Part shown: positions 1 to 9,668 of the stretch, piece by piece
Numbering within the stretch: position 1 is the first letter of the stretch
How the letters are laid out: each line of letters starts with the position of its first letter
NCBI RefSeq assembly: GCF_963921235.1
Contig: NC_086123.1
Span: 4,650,001 to 4,714,000, forward strand
DNA length: 64,000 bases
Reading direction: 5' to 3'
Source: Mobula hypostoma
Lineage: Eukaryota
The notes under the pieces: model-generated
Seen by the model: the letters and a program-made list of their open reading frames with translations, nothing else
Database searches by the model: none
Told to the model about the DNA's origin: nothing
Translations under genes and position numbers: made by a program

Positions 1-629
1 AAATTCCACCATCTGCAAACATTCACCCCACTTTACCAAGGTTACACACAAGGGTACCTGCTCATAGACTACTCTTAGAAAGCTTAAGTCATCTTCTGGA
101 ACTGATGATTTGTACATTGACACTGCAAAATTACAAAAAAAAAGGGGAGGTGAAGACCAAGAAAGTAGAGCAGTGAATTTCATAAGGGCCAATGTAACAG
201 ACTGATGGTGAATACAATATAATCCCAACACAGTATGCCGTACAATGTCCTGTCTCTCCACGCACCCCTCCTCCCCCACCCAGCTTAAATCTATTTATCA
301 GGTGATCTGGTCAGGATAAACCACCATGATAATCACATTTAAAACACTAAAGCTACCATTTCATCTGGAATAAAACTAATTTCTCTTCCTGTATCATCCT
401 TTAGGGCTGTCGCTGAGCTACGCGGCACCACATTTGGGTACGTGTCTCGATCCAAAGCAAGCCTGTACAATAATCAGATAGACAGGTCTTATTTAATTAG
501 ACCACCACCAACCCAAAACCATCACTTAAAGCAGCCTGGATCCTCCACCACTTCGATCAGCTGAAACTTGTAATAGACCTGTATTTGTCACCAGAAGTGA
601 TTGAATTGTCTGAGCCTATAAATCAATGG

Positions 630-1072
630 TGTTCAGAAGGTTGAGAAGGAGAGCTCTTTGAAAACTACTGGATACTGAAAGGCCAGGAGAAATTGGACAT
701 GGAGAGAACATTTCCATTAGTAGCAAAGTCTATGATGGGGGCACAGCCACACAATAAAGGGACGTCCCTTTAAAACTGAGGTGAGAAAGTATTTCTTCAA
801 GCAGAGGGTGGGGAATCTGTGTAATTCTTTGCCACAGAGGGCTGTGGAGGCTAAGTCGTTGGGTGTATGTGAGGTAGAGATAGAAAGATTATTGATAAGA
901 CAAGTTGGTTAAGGGTTACAGGACAAAAGTAGGAGAATGGGATCGAAAAAAAGTGATTGAGTAGCAGGGTAGACTCAATGGGCCAATTCTGCTCCTATAA
1001 TCCTATGGTCCAATTGCTGCTGCTCGTTTTGACAACGGGCAGAATAGCCCAATTCTGCTCTTATACTTATCA
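630..1072 (+). mobile_element. CR1-type LINE 3' fragment
   Basis: Degenerate RT C-terminal coding (GRPFKTEVRKYFFKQRVGNL) followed by a CR1 3' tail (ctgctcctataatcctatgg), with the tail partly duplicated. Confidence 0.8.
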
Positions 1073-1213
1073 CAGTTTCCTTAAGAGAATACTCGTTACT
1101 ACCAGAGCCATGATGACATGGGAGGGCTGGAGACGACAGCACAGACTCAAGTTACCTCCCGGCCTCAGGAACCTTCCCAGCGCAGCCCGAACCGCCCGCA
1201 CTCGCACTCGCAC

Positions 1214-1394
1214 CTCTCCGTGCCTTCTCCGACTCGGGCACAGTCTCAAATCCGAAATGAGTTTGCTTTTGCTCGGCGCTGCCAGAGAGAGCTCTAACAG
1301 AAACACAGGGTGCAGACCTGGAGCTGTAAATGAGGCAACCCACCCGGCCCCGGGAGTCAGCGGCCAGCAACCGCAGTGACCTACGGGCGGCCAT
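1214..1394 (-). CDS. COQ5: COQ5 coenzyme Q biosynthesis C-methyltransferase, coding exon 1 (rest of gene lies left of the window)
   Basis: MAARRSLRLL... Arg-rich mitochondrial-targeting-like N-terminus, then THFGFETVPESEK matching the conserved COQ5/UbiE THFGF motif; phase-1 donor G|GTGCGA after 1214; head-to-head with RNF10 as in other vertebrates. Confidence 0.93.
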
Positions 1395-1504
1395 TTTGCT
1401 ATTGACCCCGTACGGGAGCCGAGCTCCACTTCCGGGGCAAGCGGCGACCGTCAGCAGTCACGTGAGGTTCCCCGCGCCCGCCCCTGTCCGGTTGCTATGG
1501 CAGC
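1387..1504 (-). promoter_or_regulatory. COQ5 CpG-rich promoter with YY1, ETS/GABP, E-box and RFX X-box motifs
   Basis: CAAAATGGCCGC (YY1, minus strand, overlapping the ATG); CACTTCCGG 1427-1435; GTCACGTGA 1457-1465; GTTGCTATGGCAGC 1491-1504. Confidence 0.7.
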
Positions 1505-1519
1505 GTTAACTTGTGCGGG

Positions 1520-3033
1520 TAGGGGTGGTGGAGGTTGGCGGGGAGGAGGCTTGGAGTGGAAAGAGTAAGAAAAGAAAACAAAGGCAAACTCGGAGGAGTC
1601 AGGGGACGGTCAAAATAGGGCAGCGAAACGATGGAAAGACTTTCGGGGGTTGGAACCCGATTCATTTGACAAGGATAATCAAAGATTTTACGAAATGGAT
1701 CGCTATTAGTGATTTGTCGGGATAGTGGTCATCAAGGCAAAGTGATAAGATTAAATAAAACAGAGGGGAAAAAAGTACAATGCTCAATACCCAAACAATG
1801 GACTAGAACTAGGGGACATTGCCTCAAGATTCAGGGGAGAAGATTTAGGACGGAGATGAGGAGAAACTGTTTTTCCCAGAGAGTGGTGAATCTGTGGAAT
1901 TCTCTGCCCAGGGAAGCAGTGGAGGCTTCTTCACTAAATATATTTTTAAGATACAGTTAGATAGGTTTTTACATAGTAGGAGAATTAAGGGTTATGGAGG
2001 AAAGGCAGGTAGATGGAGCTGAGTTTACGGACAGATCAGCCATGATCTAATTGAATGGCAGGGCAGGCTCGACGGGCCGGTTGGCCTACTCCTGCTCCTA
2101 TTTCTTATGTTCTTATGTTAAATAGAAAGTGGACTAGGGGAGTTATTTCAGGGATACCAACAGAAGTTACTATGGATGAGATTAAACAGAACATAAAGGG
2201 AGCAAAAATTATTGAGGCCAAACCTTTGAAAGCTGCAAGAAACAGAAAAAAGTGTGATAGTTTATCGGTTACGATTAACTTTGATGAAGAGAGATTGCCG
2301 ACTGAAATTTATTTAGGGTATATGTGTTATGAGGTCAGAATATATATACCACCGCCTTTAAGATGCTTAAAATGTCAGAAATTTGGGCATATTGCGGCGA
2401 TCTGCAGAGGGAAACAAAGATGTGGGAGATGCATTAGAGAACACGAATACAAGAAATGTGAGGTGGGAGCTAGGCTGAAATGCTGCAATTATGTTGAGGA
2501 ACACAGCGCACCTTATCGAGGGTGCATTGTTAGCAAGAAGGCAGCAGAGATACAATACGTAAAAGTAACTCAAGGGATCAGTTACGCAGAGGCAGTGAAA
2601 GGATTTGCTGAAATGGAGAAGGCTATCAAGCAAACAAATACTGTACAGGGAATAATAAGCTGTTTTATTGTGAGGGCTATAATACAAATAAGGATACACT
2701 AATAATGAGTAGAAAGGATTTCGTACTGTTTATGGTAGATGCAATTAACTGTTCAGTTCAAACAAACAAAAGAACTGAAAAAACTAAAATTATAGTCAAG
2801 TCTGCAGAAAAATATCTTGGTATTACAGGGCTTAGGTGGGAAGTAGTCAAAGAAACGCTGAATGGAGGATCAAACAGATCACGGGCAGGGTAGATGGGAC
2901 ATTAATGGCAGTATATATTTTACAATGGAATACAAGGAGTCTTATTGCATATGGTCAAGAATTTAAGAAATATGTATCAGAACTTAAGGAAAAACCTCAG
3001 ATTTTATGTATACAAGAAACATGGTTGAAACCC
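1520..3033 (+). mobile_element. Nimb/I-clade non-LTR retrotransposon, 5' part (gag-like ORF1 and start of the ORF2 AP endonuclease), 3'-truncated
   Basis: RGVISGIP, then PPPLRCLKCQKFGHIAAIC plus two further degenerate zinc knuckles; ORF2 start ILQWNTRSL...ILCIQETWLKP (APE motifs I-II); stops and frameshifts present. Confidence 0.8.
1800..2118 (+). mobile_element. Young CR1 3' fragment inserted in the Nimb ORF1
   Basis: RTRGHCLKIQGRRFRTEMRRNCFSQRVVNLWNSLP and tail ttcttatgttcttatg; interrupts ORF1 between CSIP and NRKWTRG. Confidence 0.88.
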
Positions 3034-3549
3034 AGGGTAAATGTGCAGAACTCCAACAACAAATAGAAGTACTCAATAAGAACAACTGTGAGTTGGAAAA
3101 GAGATTGGAAAAATGGAGGAACTTATTACACAGTTACAAAAGGAAAAGGAATTTTTGCAAAGTGAATTATCTACATTCAGATTATAAAATGAAAACATGG
3201 AAACAAATGAAGAAGAACTTCGAGATCTCAGTAAACAACTATAAACTATGATTCAAGAAAAGGAAAACTTGGAAGTAGCAGATAGACTGAAAAAACAGCA
3301 ATTTTAAAAGTTAAGCATGGGATAATTAATATTCTTAAACAAGAAGACTTTAGTCTTACAAATGATGCAGATGAAATCAATGTAATTGAAGTAGTGCAAT
3401 TACTTGAAAACCATGTGACAAGAATTAGGGAAGAAAAGCGGCTTGCGGCACTGCTATCTGATGAGCGCATACAGCATTCGCAAGAGGAATTGCAGTTACA
3501 GAGTGATGTAAATAGAGATCTGCAGGCTGAACTCGGTTGTCTAAAGTAG
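3033..3549 (+). pseudogene. Degraded coiled-coil coding fragment, probably derived from GCC2 (golgin GCC185)
   Basis: About 170 codons of heptad-rich E/K/L/Q sequence with 2 frameshifts and 2 internal stops; ...KQL*TMIQEKENLE...INVIEVVQLLENHVTRIREEKRLAALLSDERI... resembles the central coiled coil of GCC2 as I recall it (not searched). Confidence 0.5.
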
Positions 3550-3809
3550 AGTACTCCAGGACATATTTGGTTGAAATCAGAACACCACAAGTCTAGCAGG
3601 TGGCGGTAATGCACCTTAAAGCTGGTTTGCCAACCGCCATAAAACAACACAAGAAGAAGAAGAATGTTGTGCAGGTTGGTTCAACAATAATGGTTGTAAA
3701 TGTTCCTGAACTGGTGCCGTGAGCCCTTTGTACCTCCTGCAGCGAGAAAGGAGCATGACTGGGATAGTGGACATCTTGATGATGCCACCTCCTTCAAGAT
3801 CATGTACAT

Positions 3810-4230
3810 CAACACACACAAAACTCTGGAGGAGCTCAGCAGGTCAGGCAGCATCCACGGAAATGAACAAACAGTGGACGTTTCGGGCCGAGACACTTCT
3901 TCAGGCCTTATGTAGATGCTCACAGTGGTAGTGGAGGGGCGGGGCGGGTTTCTGTGCCTGTGCAGATTGGAGTCTGTGTTCCGACATGTCGGTCCATGGG
4001 CTCCTTTTGTGATGAAACCACCCTCAGGATGGAGGGGCAACACCTTATATTCAGTACGTGTATCCTTTAACCTGATGGCATGAATATCGAATTTTCCTTC
4101 CGGTTAAAAGAAGTTCCTACCCTCTCCCCCCTTCCCTCGCTCCTCTCACCCCCCACCCTCTCTCCCCCCTCTCTCCTCCCCCCTTCTCCCCTCCCTCCTC
4201 TTCCCACCATCCCCCTTCCCCCTCCCCTTT
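3810..4230. mobile_element. Penelope-like remnant: degenerate minus-strand terminal repeat, plus-strand GIY-YIG C-terminus and C-rich 3' tract
   Basis: acacacaaaactctggaggagctcagcaggtcaggcagcatc terminus; SDMSVHGLL...TLRMEGQHLIF...PDGMNIEFSFR at about 3978-4103. Confidence 0.75.
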
Positions 4231-4451
4231 ATGGTGTTACATTCCGTCGTTTTCTGGGGCAAGATTACGAGATGCTGAATTGAAATCAAATTAAAGTACT
4301 GCAGATGATGGTGATGTGATATTAAAACAGAACAGACTGGAAACATTCAATACAAACAACAGGAATTCTGCAGATGCTGGAAATTCAAGCAACATACATC
4401 AAAGTTGCTGGTGAACGCAGCAGGCCAAGCAGCATCTGTAGGAAGAGGTGC

Positions 4452-4487
4452 AGTCGACGTTTCAGGCCGAGACCCTTCGTCAGGACT
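4452..4487 (-). ncRNA. Minimal type I hammerhead ribozyme motif (mirror copy)
   Basis: Exact reverse complement of 4525-4560. Confidence 0.8.
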
Positions 4488-4524
4488 AACTGAAGGAAGA
4501 CCCTTCCTCACTCTTCCTTCAGTT

Positions 4525-4560
4525 AGTCCTGACGAAGGGTCTCGGCCTGAAACGTCGACT
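4525..4560 (+). ncRNA. Minimal type I hammerhead ribozyme motif (Penelope-associated)
   Basis: AGTC-CTGACGA-AGG gtctcgg CCT-GAAA-CGT-C-GACT: stem I AGTC/GACT, complete core, palindromic ACGT stem III, GUC cleavage triplet. Confidence 0.8.
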
Positions 4561-5364
4561 GCACCTCTTCCTATAGATGCTGCTTGGCCTGCTGCGTTCA
4601 CCAGCAACTTTGATGTAGGAAACATTCAATAGTTTATTTGCAGAGAAACAGTAAATGTTTCATACCGATAAACAAATCAAACTGCCAAGAAAACCCAACT
4701 TTCTGGTCAAACACAAGGCATTAAGCCCCTGTTGTACAAGGAAATGAATTTGCAATACTCCGCCAAATGGTTGACTTCAATTGGCCATGCTGTTTGGGGT
4801 CAGCTAAAGGGGAATGACCAATTTGCTCTTGATCTACTATTTAGTTTCTCATGTGTTCTGCAAACATGAAGGGGGATCTCTAACAACAGATGAGTACCAG
4901 ATTGTGGGAATGTCTGCAAAAATCAACAACTAACTTTGCCTTTGCCAGCAGAAAACTGAGTATCTAGATGCCTACTAAAGTATTAGACTGATCATTTTTT
5001 AAAAACCATGTAATTAGTTCATTGCTTACAAAAGCAGAAAATGCTCAAAATAGTTCAGACATCTAATGAGGAATAATTAACATTTCCGGTAAATAATCTT
5101 TCATCAGAGTTTAGAGCCACTGACCTTAAACTATAAACGCAAGAACAAGATAATTTAGGAAGTGTAAGCAGGAGCAGATCTTTTGTCTCAGTACCACTTT
5201 CCTGAACTAACTCTGTGACCTTTGATTCTTTTATTGCTTAAAAAATTATATTCCCTGCCTTGAATATATTCTGAGCTTCCAGAATCCTCTTTGGCAAAAT
5301 ATTCCAAAGATCCATTACAATCTGAGTAAAGAATTTCCCTTTAACTTCACTTAATAAAAAGATG

Positions 5365-6262
5365 AGATACAAGACTAGGAGTTTACCATTCACCCTCTTG
5401 AGCTACTCTGCCCTTCATGGTTAATCTTTTTACTTGATGATCAATTTCTTGGTTTTACCCTGTATCCCTTGCTTCCTCTCAAGTCTACAAATCTATTGTT
5501 TTTTTAAATCTATTTAATACAATCAATGGTAGAGTATTCCAAATATTCAGCAGTCTTTGAGAGAAAAAAGAAGACATCTCTTCAGTCCAATCCTAAATGG
5601 TCTCCTTATTTTGAGTCTGTGATTCTTTGGCTAGGGGAAGTACAGTAAGCATTCTTTCAAGTACAATGTTTTTGTTGGTATCAATGAGGTAATCTTTTTT
5701 TTCTAAACCTTTGAGAATTAAGTTCTAGCCTGTTCAGTCTCTCCACCATGTCAGACCCAGCAGTCTGGCCATCATTTGCTGCACTGTTTATTGGACTTAA
5801 ATCCTTCTTTGGCCAAGGAGATGAAAGTGTTAACATATGAGGAGCATTTGGCGGCCCTGGGTCTGTTCAGAAGAATGAGGGGAAATCTTATTGACACCTA
5901 TCGAATATTGAAAGGCCTAGATAAAGTGGACATGGAGAGGATGTTTCTTTTATCTAGGGAGTCTAAGACCAGAGGACCCAGCCTCAGAATACAAGGATGT
6001 CCCTTTCGAACAGAGATGCAGGGGAATTTCTTGAGCCAGAGGCTAGTGAATCTGTGGAATTCATTGTCACATTCAGCTGTAGAGGCCCAGTCATTGGGTA
6101 TATTTAGAGCAAAAGTTGAAGGGGTCTTGATTACTAAGGATGTCAAAAGTTATGGGGAGAAGGCAGGAGAAAGAGGTTCAGAGGGATAGTAAATCAGCCA
6201 TGAGGAATGGCAGAGTAGATGTGATGGGCCAAATGGCCTAATTATGCTGCTATGCCTTATGG
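5365..6262. mobile_element. Two CR1 3' fragments in opposite orientations (minus about 5365-5760, plus about 5810-6262)
   Basis: ORF 5776-6189 YEEHLAALGLFRRMRGNLIDTYRILKGLD...FLSQRLVNLWNSL; a reverse-strand equivalent lies upstream. Confidence 0.8.
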
Positions 6263-8103
6263 AGATTAAAAATGTGGCACGGTGGTGCAACTAGTGGCGA
6301 CGTACCTCACAATTCCAGTGATCCAGTTCAATCGTGATCTCTACTTCAGTGTGAAATTTGTATGGTTTACTATAAATTGCCCTTCATGGTGGGTCTGATA
6401 GAAATGAAAGATAGTAATGTGGTTGAAAATGAGATTATTGTAAGAAGTGAGTGCTTGATGGTCAGCAGGTTGAAGTGCCGACTTCCATGTTGTCTATAAG
6501 TGGACTCTATAAAACTGAACACAATTCTCTAGGTACAGTATGTTTTAAACAGAATTATTCTACTACAAAGGTCAATACAGTGTCTGCTTTCTTTTTATTC
6601 ATGGAATGTAGCTGTAGCAGCTATTGGCGCTGAGAAGATGGTAGTGTGACTCCTTATTTCAGCCACGACTCATTCATACCTTCTCAGTCAGAAGGATCTA
6701 AATTCACATTCTGTTCTGGAGGCTGAAATGTGAAAATCCAGGTTGATAACCTTGGTTAAATAAGGCAGCTAATCTCAGGGTGATATATTGAACACAGGGC
6801 CCAAAGCACTCTAGGTATTGAAAAGTAAACAACCATATTTCCTTTGCAGCTTTTGCTGTCAAGTACTTCCAGCAGACTTCAGAGTCAATTATGTGCTTTA
6901 GATATGCAGTATTTCCCTGGATAATAATGTATAATGTAATTAGTGCCAAAATGCCATAAACTCCAACATACAACAATAATGAATAATCTTATTTAATGAT
7001 GTTAGATTTGGGATAATTGTTGGCTGGAATACTAAGTAAACGGCATTGCTATTTTTAAATAGTCCCATGGGATCTTTGACATTTGCTTGAAAGGGCCTTA
7101 TAGGATATGGGGATTTTTGATTAGATGTCTCAACGGAAAAGAACCACTGAGTCTGCATTGCACTGGTATCCTGGATAAATGTCCTTACGTCATGGAATGT
7201 GACTTGAGATGTTTGAGTATGATCATTAAATTGAGGTTTAAAAAAAAGACAAAATCCATTCAGCAATGTATTATTTCATAAAGAAAGTCTTAAATTGGGT
7301 TTTTGAACTGATCTGCACAACCCTAACTCTACCATGGACTTGTTTCTAATTATTTTTATCTGATATTCCATTCTTTTTTCTTCACTGCACGATTTGTGTA
7401 TGCTTTCTGTTTTATCTGAATATACATGCCTGTGATGATGCGGCATGTTTTTCATTGTGTGCCACACTGTATTTATGCAAATGACAACAAACTTGACTTG
7501 AAGATCATAAAAAATTGCACATTCATTTTGGATGCAAAAATACAGTATATATATATATAAGTCATCAACTTTCGCATCCGTGGAAATTTGATGCATGCTG
7601 ACTAATGTCCAAAGGTTCCTTTATTATCAAAATCTACAACTCTGAAATTCTTCTTCTCCAGATAGCCACAGAACCAAGAAAGAAAAGAACGGCAACAGGA
7701 TCATCAACCTCCAACTCCCTCTCCCCCGAACAAAAACAGAACAGGACCATCGAGTCATTTCCCCCCCCCAAATCCCCTTCCCTCACACAAACAAAAATGT
7801 TTATGCAGCTTGAAAGGAAACTGATCAAAAGTTGAAACAATTTAGCAGATCACAGGCTCTGTTTAAAAATTATGTCTGGAATTGCCCACATTTATGCAAA
7901 AATCATCAAAAGACTAAATTTGCAATACTTAATAGCAACCTGTAAAAAGAAACATAGAACAATTTAAATTTAGGGTCTTGACGATGCTAACGTTTCCACT
8001 AATCTTCTCTTCTATCTGTTTGTAGGATGTTTCTGCCCGACTATTGCTGATCATCAACAAATAACCTGCTACTGGAACTCATCTAGTCAAACAACATCTG
8101 GGG

Positions 8104-8104
<1 letters not shown>

Positions 8105-8150
<46 letters not shown>
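8105..8150. repeat. (TG)23 microsatellite
   Basis: Perfect TG dinucleotide run. Confidence 0.98.
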
Positions 8151-8152
<2 letters not shown>

Positions 8153-8252
8153 GATAGTCAGTGTTTTCAGTGGAAACTCAGCATTAAGACTGGTTACACA
8201 CAAAATGCTGGTGGAATGCAGCAGGCCAGGCAGCATTTATAGGAAGAAGTAC

Positions 8253-8288
8253 AGTCAACGTTTCGGATCGAGACCCTTCGTCAGGACT
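8253..8288 (-). ncRNA. Minimal type I hammerhead ribozyme motif
   Basis: Minus strand AGTC-CTGACGA-AGGGTCTCGATCC-GAAA-CGT-T-GACT; core intact, GUU triplet. Confidence 0.7.
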
Positions 8289-8604
8289 AACGGAAAAAAG
8301 AGATAGTAAGAGATTTGAAAGGGGGAGGAGGAGATCCAAAATGATAGGAGAAGCCAGGAGGGGGAGGGATGAAGCCAAGAGCTGGGAAGTTGATTGGCAA
8401 AAGGGATACAAGGCTGGAGAAGGGAGAGGATCATGGGATGGAAGGCCTTGGAAGAAAGAAAGGGGGAGGGGAGCACCAGAGGAAGATGAAGAACAGGGGA
8501 GTTATTGTGAGAGGGAGAGAGAGAGAGAGAAATAAACAAACAATAAATTAGGGATGGGGTAAGAAGGGGAGGAGAGGCATTAATGTAAGTTAGAGAAATC
8601 AATA

Positions 8605-8825
8605 ACGAGGAAATCTGCAGATGCTGGAAATTCAAGCAACACACACACAATGCTGGTGGAATGCAGCAGGCCAGGCAGCATCTATAGGCAGAGGTACTGT
8701 CGACGTTTCGGGCCGAGACCCTTCATCCTGTCTGACGAAAGGTCTCGACCGGAAACGTCGACTGTACCTCTTCCTATAGATGCTGCCTGGCCAGCTGCAT
8801 TCCACCAGCATTTTGTGTGTGTTGC
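8605..8825. mobile_element. Second fold-back Penelope terminal-repeat insertion with 15-bp TSD
   Basis: Inverted arms about 8636-8727 and 8734-8825; TSD TTAGAGAA(A/G)TCAATA at 8590-8604 and 8826-8840. Confidence 0.88.
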
Positions 8826-9149
8826 TTAGAGAAGTCAATATTCATGCCATCAGGTTGGAGGCTACCCAGACGGAATATAAGATGGTGCTCCTCCAACGAT
8901 TAAGACTGGATATGCATTTTGTGTACAGTATTGCTTACTATGGAAATAAAAATATAATTAATTATGACAATCATGATCCCCAAGTGTACAATTTTATGTT
9001 AGCCAGGGAAACAATGCTCCTTGGTTTACGCCATTTACATCTAGTATTTGATTGGTAAGACAGTATGTTTAAATCAACGTAAGTAGAGGGTGGTTGTGAC
9101 AAGAGCCGTGAGTAAACAAAGCTGCTTGCTGGAGATAGGGATGGATAAG

Positions 9150-9207
9150 ACTACATTTCCCACCGTGCCCCGGCGCGCAGGCGCGGACTTTTGACGCCTA
9201 TATAAAG
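9150..9207 (+). promoter_or_regulatory. RNF10 core promoter: ZNF143/THAP11-type ACTACA-SBS motif, NRF1-like site, CRE half-site, TATA box
   Basis: ACTACATTTCCCACCGTGCC 9150-9169; GCGCAGGCGC; TGACG; TATATAAAG 9199-9207 at the start of a CpG island. Confidence 0.75.
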
Positions 9208-9463
9208 GGAGTCCGTGGGGGTTGGCGGTGTCTGTGGCGAGCCGTCGCCGTGCCGAGAGGGAGGTGACGGTGTGTTGGAGGGTGTGCGGCCTGACACAAG
9301 AAAGCCGCTGCAGGAGCGCGGGGTGGGGGCGAAGTGAAACGACAGGATCCATTCCGCTCACCCCAAAGGGCTTGTGTCGGGCCGAGCTCGCCCCCGCCCC
9401 CTCCGCTCCGTTTATACCTCGGCTCCGCTCCTGTTTACTTTCGCCATTTTCAGATTGGTCACG

Positions 9464-9657
9464 ATGCAGAGGTCGCCATGATGAAGATTAAAGTTAGGCC
9501 CATTTACGCGATGCCCTGTGGAAAATCGGTTGGCACAACCAGCCACGTCGTTCCCATTGAGCTGCTGGAAGCTGATGCTGGAAAATCCAGACATGGAAAA
9601 GAAGTCTGCGCGATCCTCTTCGGCAGGGCCCACCAAGGCGCCGCCCGCGGACAGTAA
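9464..9657 (+). promoter_or_regulatory. RNF10 5' leader uORFs: uORF1 9464-9481 (MQRSP*) and uORF2 9478-9657, which overlaps the main ATG out of frame
   Basis: ATGs at 9464, 9478 (GCCATGA), 9481 and 9511; uORF2 stop TAA at 9655-9657; main ATG at 9575. Confidence 0.6.
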
Positions 9658-9668
9658 AACCAAACAAG
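9575..9668 (+). CDS. RNF10: RNF10 RING E3 ubiquitin ligase exon 1
   Basis: MLENPDMEKKSARSSSAGP...DSKTKQ, similar to the RNF10 N-terminus (DMDKNS...ESKPKS); donor G|GTAGGA, phase 1. Confidence 0.88.

Larger units (their letters stand above)
4353..4617. mobile_element. Fold-back Penelope terminal-repeat insertion with 14-bp TSD
   Basis: 106-bp inverted arms 4395-4500 and 4512-4617 (1 mismatch); TSD GGAAACATTCAATA at 4339-4352 and 4618-4631. Confidence 0.92.
8196..8897 (-). mobile_element. Penelope-like element 3' end (GIY-YIG C-terminus, 3' UTR, terminal repeat)
   Basis: Minus strand LEEHHLIFRLGSLQPDGMNIDFS..NLH*, then a pyrimidine-rich UTR and a terminal repeat with a hammerhead motif; interrupted by the 8605-8825 insertion. 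Confidence 0.85.

Noticed and set aside
957-1429. ORFs 957-1379 (+) and 1070-1429 (-)
   Set aside because: These are antisense or alternative-frame products of the GC-rich COQ5 exon 1; they start at non-ATG codons and show no recognisable domain
4120-4228. C-rich tract, potential G-quadruplex, and a Pro-rich ORF
   Set aside because: A low-complexity part of the Penelope 3' region, with no independent evidence of function
4347-4632. Near-identical ORFs on both strands
   Set aside because: An artefact of the inverted repeat, not a protein gene
6960-7260. Possible ancient Deu-type SINE remnant (also about 55600-55780, and a SINE-like stretch at about 52180-52420)
   Set aside because: Too degenerate to support or delimit without a profile search
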